The translations under genes were made by a program, and so were the position numbers. From assembly GCA_047967505.1 (NCBI GenBank), contig CM106538.1: a DNA stretch of 64,000 bases, one strand, 5' to 3'. Shown piece by piece: positions 60,002 to 64,000 of the stretch. The notes beneath the pieces are model-generated. The model was not told the origin of the DNA. It saw only the letters and a list, made by a program, of their open reading frames with translations, and did no database searches. This DNA comes from Dipteris shenzhenensis. Its lineage: Eukaryota. Numbering within the stretch: the first letter of the stretch is position 1; the number at the start of each line of letters is the position of its first letter.

Positions 60002-63000
60002 TGTGGGGTTAAAGTTCACTGTGCCTTAACCCTAGTTATGTACAATACTCAAACACATATATAAATGAATGAAAAAGAAGATTAGGGTGGTTCTGCACCC
60101 ACCAAAACTTGTGTGGCTCTCTGTCTCTCTCTCTCCTTCTTCCGTTCTTGCTTCCGTTGAGAGCACTCTCAACTGGTATCAGAGCCCGGGTGATCTAGAT
60201 GAGCGTGCGTGAATGCTTGAAGCTCAGCAGCTCTGTGGGAGGAAGGAGAAGCTCTGTGGAAAGCTTTGTGGGTGACTTTACTTGCATCCGAGTGTGCAGA
60301 GACCTTGGAGGAACCTTTGGAAAAGTCACTTTGGCTTTACGAAGTGGTTTTGAGAGCCTGTTAAGAGCTTTCAAAGAAAAAGTCGTTTTTTGAGCTTTTC
60401 CCTGTTCCGTTCGATGACAGAGACTCCGTATTGACTTGTAGAGGCAACTATTGCTTGCTTTTGGTGTCCACATTACTTCAGGAGCTTGGAAACACCTTCA
60501 TTCTTGAATCTAGGGTCATTTCATTGGATTTCTGACTCACTGTGTCAATTCCTGCGTTTTTTGCCCGGGTGTTGGAACTCAAGTTTGGAGCAACCATTTG
60601 CAGATCTGTCAGTTCCGGTGGACTTAGGAGGTCCTAAAACTTCTATGTTGCTCATCATTCGCACTCTGGTGGAGTTTATAAACAGCTCTGTTTCAAAAAA
60701 CGTTTTTCAGCCCGTGTGTTGGACCCAATGATTGAGACCACGGTTTCCAAAACCGTCTGTCCCATTGCCTTCCGGACGCCCAAAAACCCCTACCTATCAG
60801 TTCTTGCATGATTCGGTGGAGGATTTTCAGAGTTATAAATCTCTGTGTATTCGATTTCGTCTCTTTCATACTAAGGTTTTGAAACCTTAGATTTATGCGA
60901 CATGGCAGTGGATAAGTGTTGACTCCCATTTCTCGCTCATCGGTTGGGATTTTGGAGTTCTGGCAGAAGAGAGATATTTGTAGATTTTCTTGCTGAGTCT
61001 GATTATGCAATGGCACCCATGTTTTGAAGCATCTCAGGTTCTATTTTCAGTAGTGCTCATTACCGTGGGACTATGATTTCTTGAGCATACCTTATGCAGA
61101 TCACTCTGGTTGCAGTTTGAGCAGTGTTGTGCACTCATTCGTGGTGTGCATTGGGTTGCAATGGATGATTTATAGGCCATTTGGATGCATTGCGGTCCTT
61201 ATTGGATGCGCTGATAGGCCCAAATTGCCTTGTGGGATGCTATTTTTTATGGACGCTTTGCACATGGATGCTATTTTATGCTGAGGGACAGCTTTGACAC
61301 ATTGTTGGTGATGCACTGATAGTGGTATGCTCTCTTGGATGAGATATTATTGATGCATATGCCAGTGGATGGTGTTTATGCTTGAGTCATTTGGCACTTA
61401 TTGGCATTTTCTTTTGGGCCAGATTTGCTCATATGGATGCATAGTATATGCACATGAGTCAGATGCATCTTTTGATGCTTTGAGCTTTGAGTTTTGGTGA
61501 TATTTCAGTCTATTGTGGCATACACATTTAGGTGCACCTGGTATTTGGTGTGATTCTCTCTTGCAGGGACTAGCATTTGGGATTTTGTTTCATTTGCATC
61601 ATGGCATCCTCTTCCACGTCTGAAAAGGAGTTTTTCAGCATTAAAAAGTTTGATGGGACAAACTTTTCTTTGTGGAAAGAACAAATAAGGGATGTGCTTA
61701 TTCAAAAGAAGCAGATTAAACCCTTGGCAGGGATTGAAGCTAAGCCTGCAAATATGTCTGAGGATGATTGGAATGAGTTGGATGCATTAGCAAAGTCTAC
61801 TATTAGACTTCATCTTGCAGAGTCAGTTTATTTCACAGTAGTAAATGAGCAGACTATGGAAGATTTGTGGAAGAAACTGTGTGCCACTTATGAGAAGGAA
61901 ACTGCCTCTAATAAAGTTTACCTCATGAAGAGGTTGTTTGAGCTGCAGATGAAGGAAGGGGTCTCCATTGCTTCTCACTTGAATGAATTCAATATTATTT
62001 TCAGCCAGCTTCAGGCTCAGAAAATGAATTTGGATGCAGAGACTAAGGCAATATTTCTCATATGTTCATTGCCATCCTCATGGGATACCTTTCGTATAGC
62101 TGTCGGTAACTTTGCACCTGGTGGAGTGCTGAAATTTGATGATGTTGTGGGTAGCTTGTTGGCCGAGGAGATTAGACGGAAGTCTATGGATGGCAACAAG
62201 CAGGATGCAGCCTTAAATGTGCAAAGGGGTAGATCACAGTTCAGGGGGAAGTCCCAAGAAAGAGGGAAGTCACGTAGCAAATCCAGGGCACGGAACATTG
62301 AGTGTTACCACTGTGGCAAGAAGGGCCATATGAAAAAGGATTGCTACAAGCTAAAAAGAGAGCAAAGGGATAAGAAAAAGAATGCAAATTGGGGTGCAAA
62401 TCAAAAGGAAGAGAGTCCAAGGGAGGACAAAGGAAAAGTGAAGATCGAGGAGATCAATGCAATCACACATGATAGTGACAATGACGTTCTCTTCATGTCT
62501 AGTTTATCTGCAGAGTTGCTTACCACTTCAGATGATGCATATTCCCAGGATTGGATTTTGGATTCTGGTGCTTCATTCCATGTTACTCCCCATAGGGAAT
62601 GGTTCTCCACTTATGATAGTGGAAAGACAGGTTGTGTGCATCTTGGAAATGACTATGCATGTGACATAGTGGGAGCAGGTGACATAAAGTTTTCTTTTGC
62701 AAATGGGTCTGCATTTGTTTTGAAACATGTGAGACATGTGCCTAAGCTGACCAAGAGTCTTATTTCAGTGGGTCAGCTAGATGATGCTGGTTTTCACACC
62801 ACTTTTGGCTTTCAGAGTTGGAAAATTCAAAAGGGCTCTATGCTTTTGGCTAGGGGTGCCAAGTGTGGGACTTTGTATCCCTTACATGTATCAGGGGTAT
62901 TTGATCATGTTGTTGCAATAACCGAGCAACCAAGCACTTCTTTGTGGCATTGCAGGTTGGGGCACATGAGCCAGAATGGAATGAAACTCTTATGCCGTTT

Positions 63001-64000
63001 GGGTTATGTACCGCATTTGAGTTTCTCTGATTTTGAATTTTGTGAGCACTGTCTCTATGGGAAGCAGACTAAATCAGCCCATAAAAGAAGGGGAAAGAAA
63101 GAGTTTGAAATGCTTGATTTGGTGCATTCAGACGTATGTGGTCCCATGCCTACACGGTCATTAGGCGGGGCTGAATACTATGTGACATTCATTGATGATG
63201 CAACTAGGAAAGTGTGGGCTTATGGAGAGTATCTCTCTCATGACTTTCAACATTTCTGTGATACTCGTGGGATTAAGAGGGAGCTTACATCCCCTCGTAC
63301 TCTAGAGCAAAATCCAGTTGCAGAAAAGATGAACCGTACCATTCAAGAAAGGTTGCAATGTATGCTTTCCAATGCAAGTCTTTCTGGTGGTTTTTGGGCT
63401 GAGGCAATGAAGACTGCAGTGCATGTGATCAATAGATCACCTAGTAAGAGTTTGGATGGTGGTATTCCTGAAGAGGCATGGAGTGGCAAGAAGCCCTCTT
63501 ACTCTCATTTGCGTATATTTGGGTGTGAGGCATATGCACATGTGCCAAAAGAGCTTCGAAAGAAGCTAGATCCTAAGTCTAGGAAATGCATCTTTCTGGG
63601 TTATGGTGAAAGTGGAGAGATGGGCTATCGTCTCTGGGATCCAGAAGCAAAGAAGATCATACGCAGCCATGATGTGGTCTTCAATGAGAAGAAGATGCAT
63701 AAGGCACCCATGAGGGATGTGGAAATGAGGAGAATCACTTTCCAGGATGTGAATCCACCTGCATATGTTGATAGACAGCAAGCTGTCCATGCACCAAATG
63801 TGCAAGAAATGGTACAACCAAGTACTCCCACAGGTATACAATCAAGGGTAGATTATGGATCATCTATTGGTGGAAATGATGAGCCAAATGTGGCTGATAT
63901 GGAAGTGGGACAGCAAGCTGAAATGCCCTTGAGAAGATCATCTAGAGTCTAACCGCCTGATAGGTTTGTTCTAGGGGTAGACTATGTGATGCTCACTGAT
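60002..64000 (+). mobile_element. Second copy of the Copia family at 4412-10464; runs off the window end
   Basis: LTR 60002-60171, PBS TGGTATCAGAGC at 60174, and a leader and gag-pol collinear with the first copy. Confidence 0.97.
61601..63952 (+). pseudogene. Copia gag-PR-INT ORF with an in-frame integrase deletion and a premature stop
   Basis: Intact CYHCGKKGHMKKDC, WILDSGASFH, LWHCRLGH and HSDVCGP. The KVWAY|GEYL junction lacks 35 codons including RTDNG; TAA at 63950 precedes the RT. Confidence 0.92.

Overview
This is eukaryotic, repeat-rich land-plant DNA. GT-AG introns, Ty1/Copia and Ty3/Gypsy elements, BED-DUF659 hAT transposases and very long TE-filled introns suggest a large-genome plant such as a fern (inference only). 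Bases 1-21,000 hold the last four coding exons of an apparently intact M18 aspartyl aminopeptidase gene (+). Its introns contain a hAT transposase pseudogene, a full-length Copia element with LTRs, PBS, PPT and TSD, LINE fragments, a truncated Copia and a second hAT remnant. Bases 21.3-26.9 kb are an old two-copy duplication (copies about 3.2 kb apart) whose second copy is cut by a CACTA-type terminus at 26,924. From there to the window end lies what looks like a giant (>37 kb) composite CACTA-like element. It contains nested Gypsy and LTR remnants, two orphan genes, and a decayed spliced minus-strand gene that fuses a ParB-like (IDGQH[R]) domain to three tandem Ulp1/C48 SUMO-protease modules. 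That gene has two duplicated TATA plus first-exon cassettes, each followed by a GA-rich or G-rich intron with palindromic cores. Next come an ~8-kb 182-bp satellite organised as a 546-bp trimeric higher-order repeat with a MITE inside, and a divergently oriented Tnp1/En-Spm-like gene interrupted by a second copy of the same Copia family. All domain calls come from reading motifs by eye; no database search was run.
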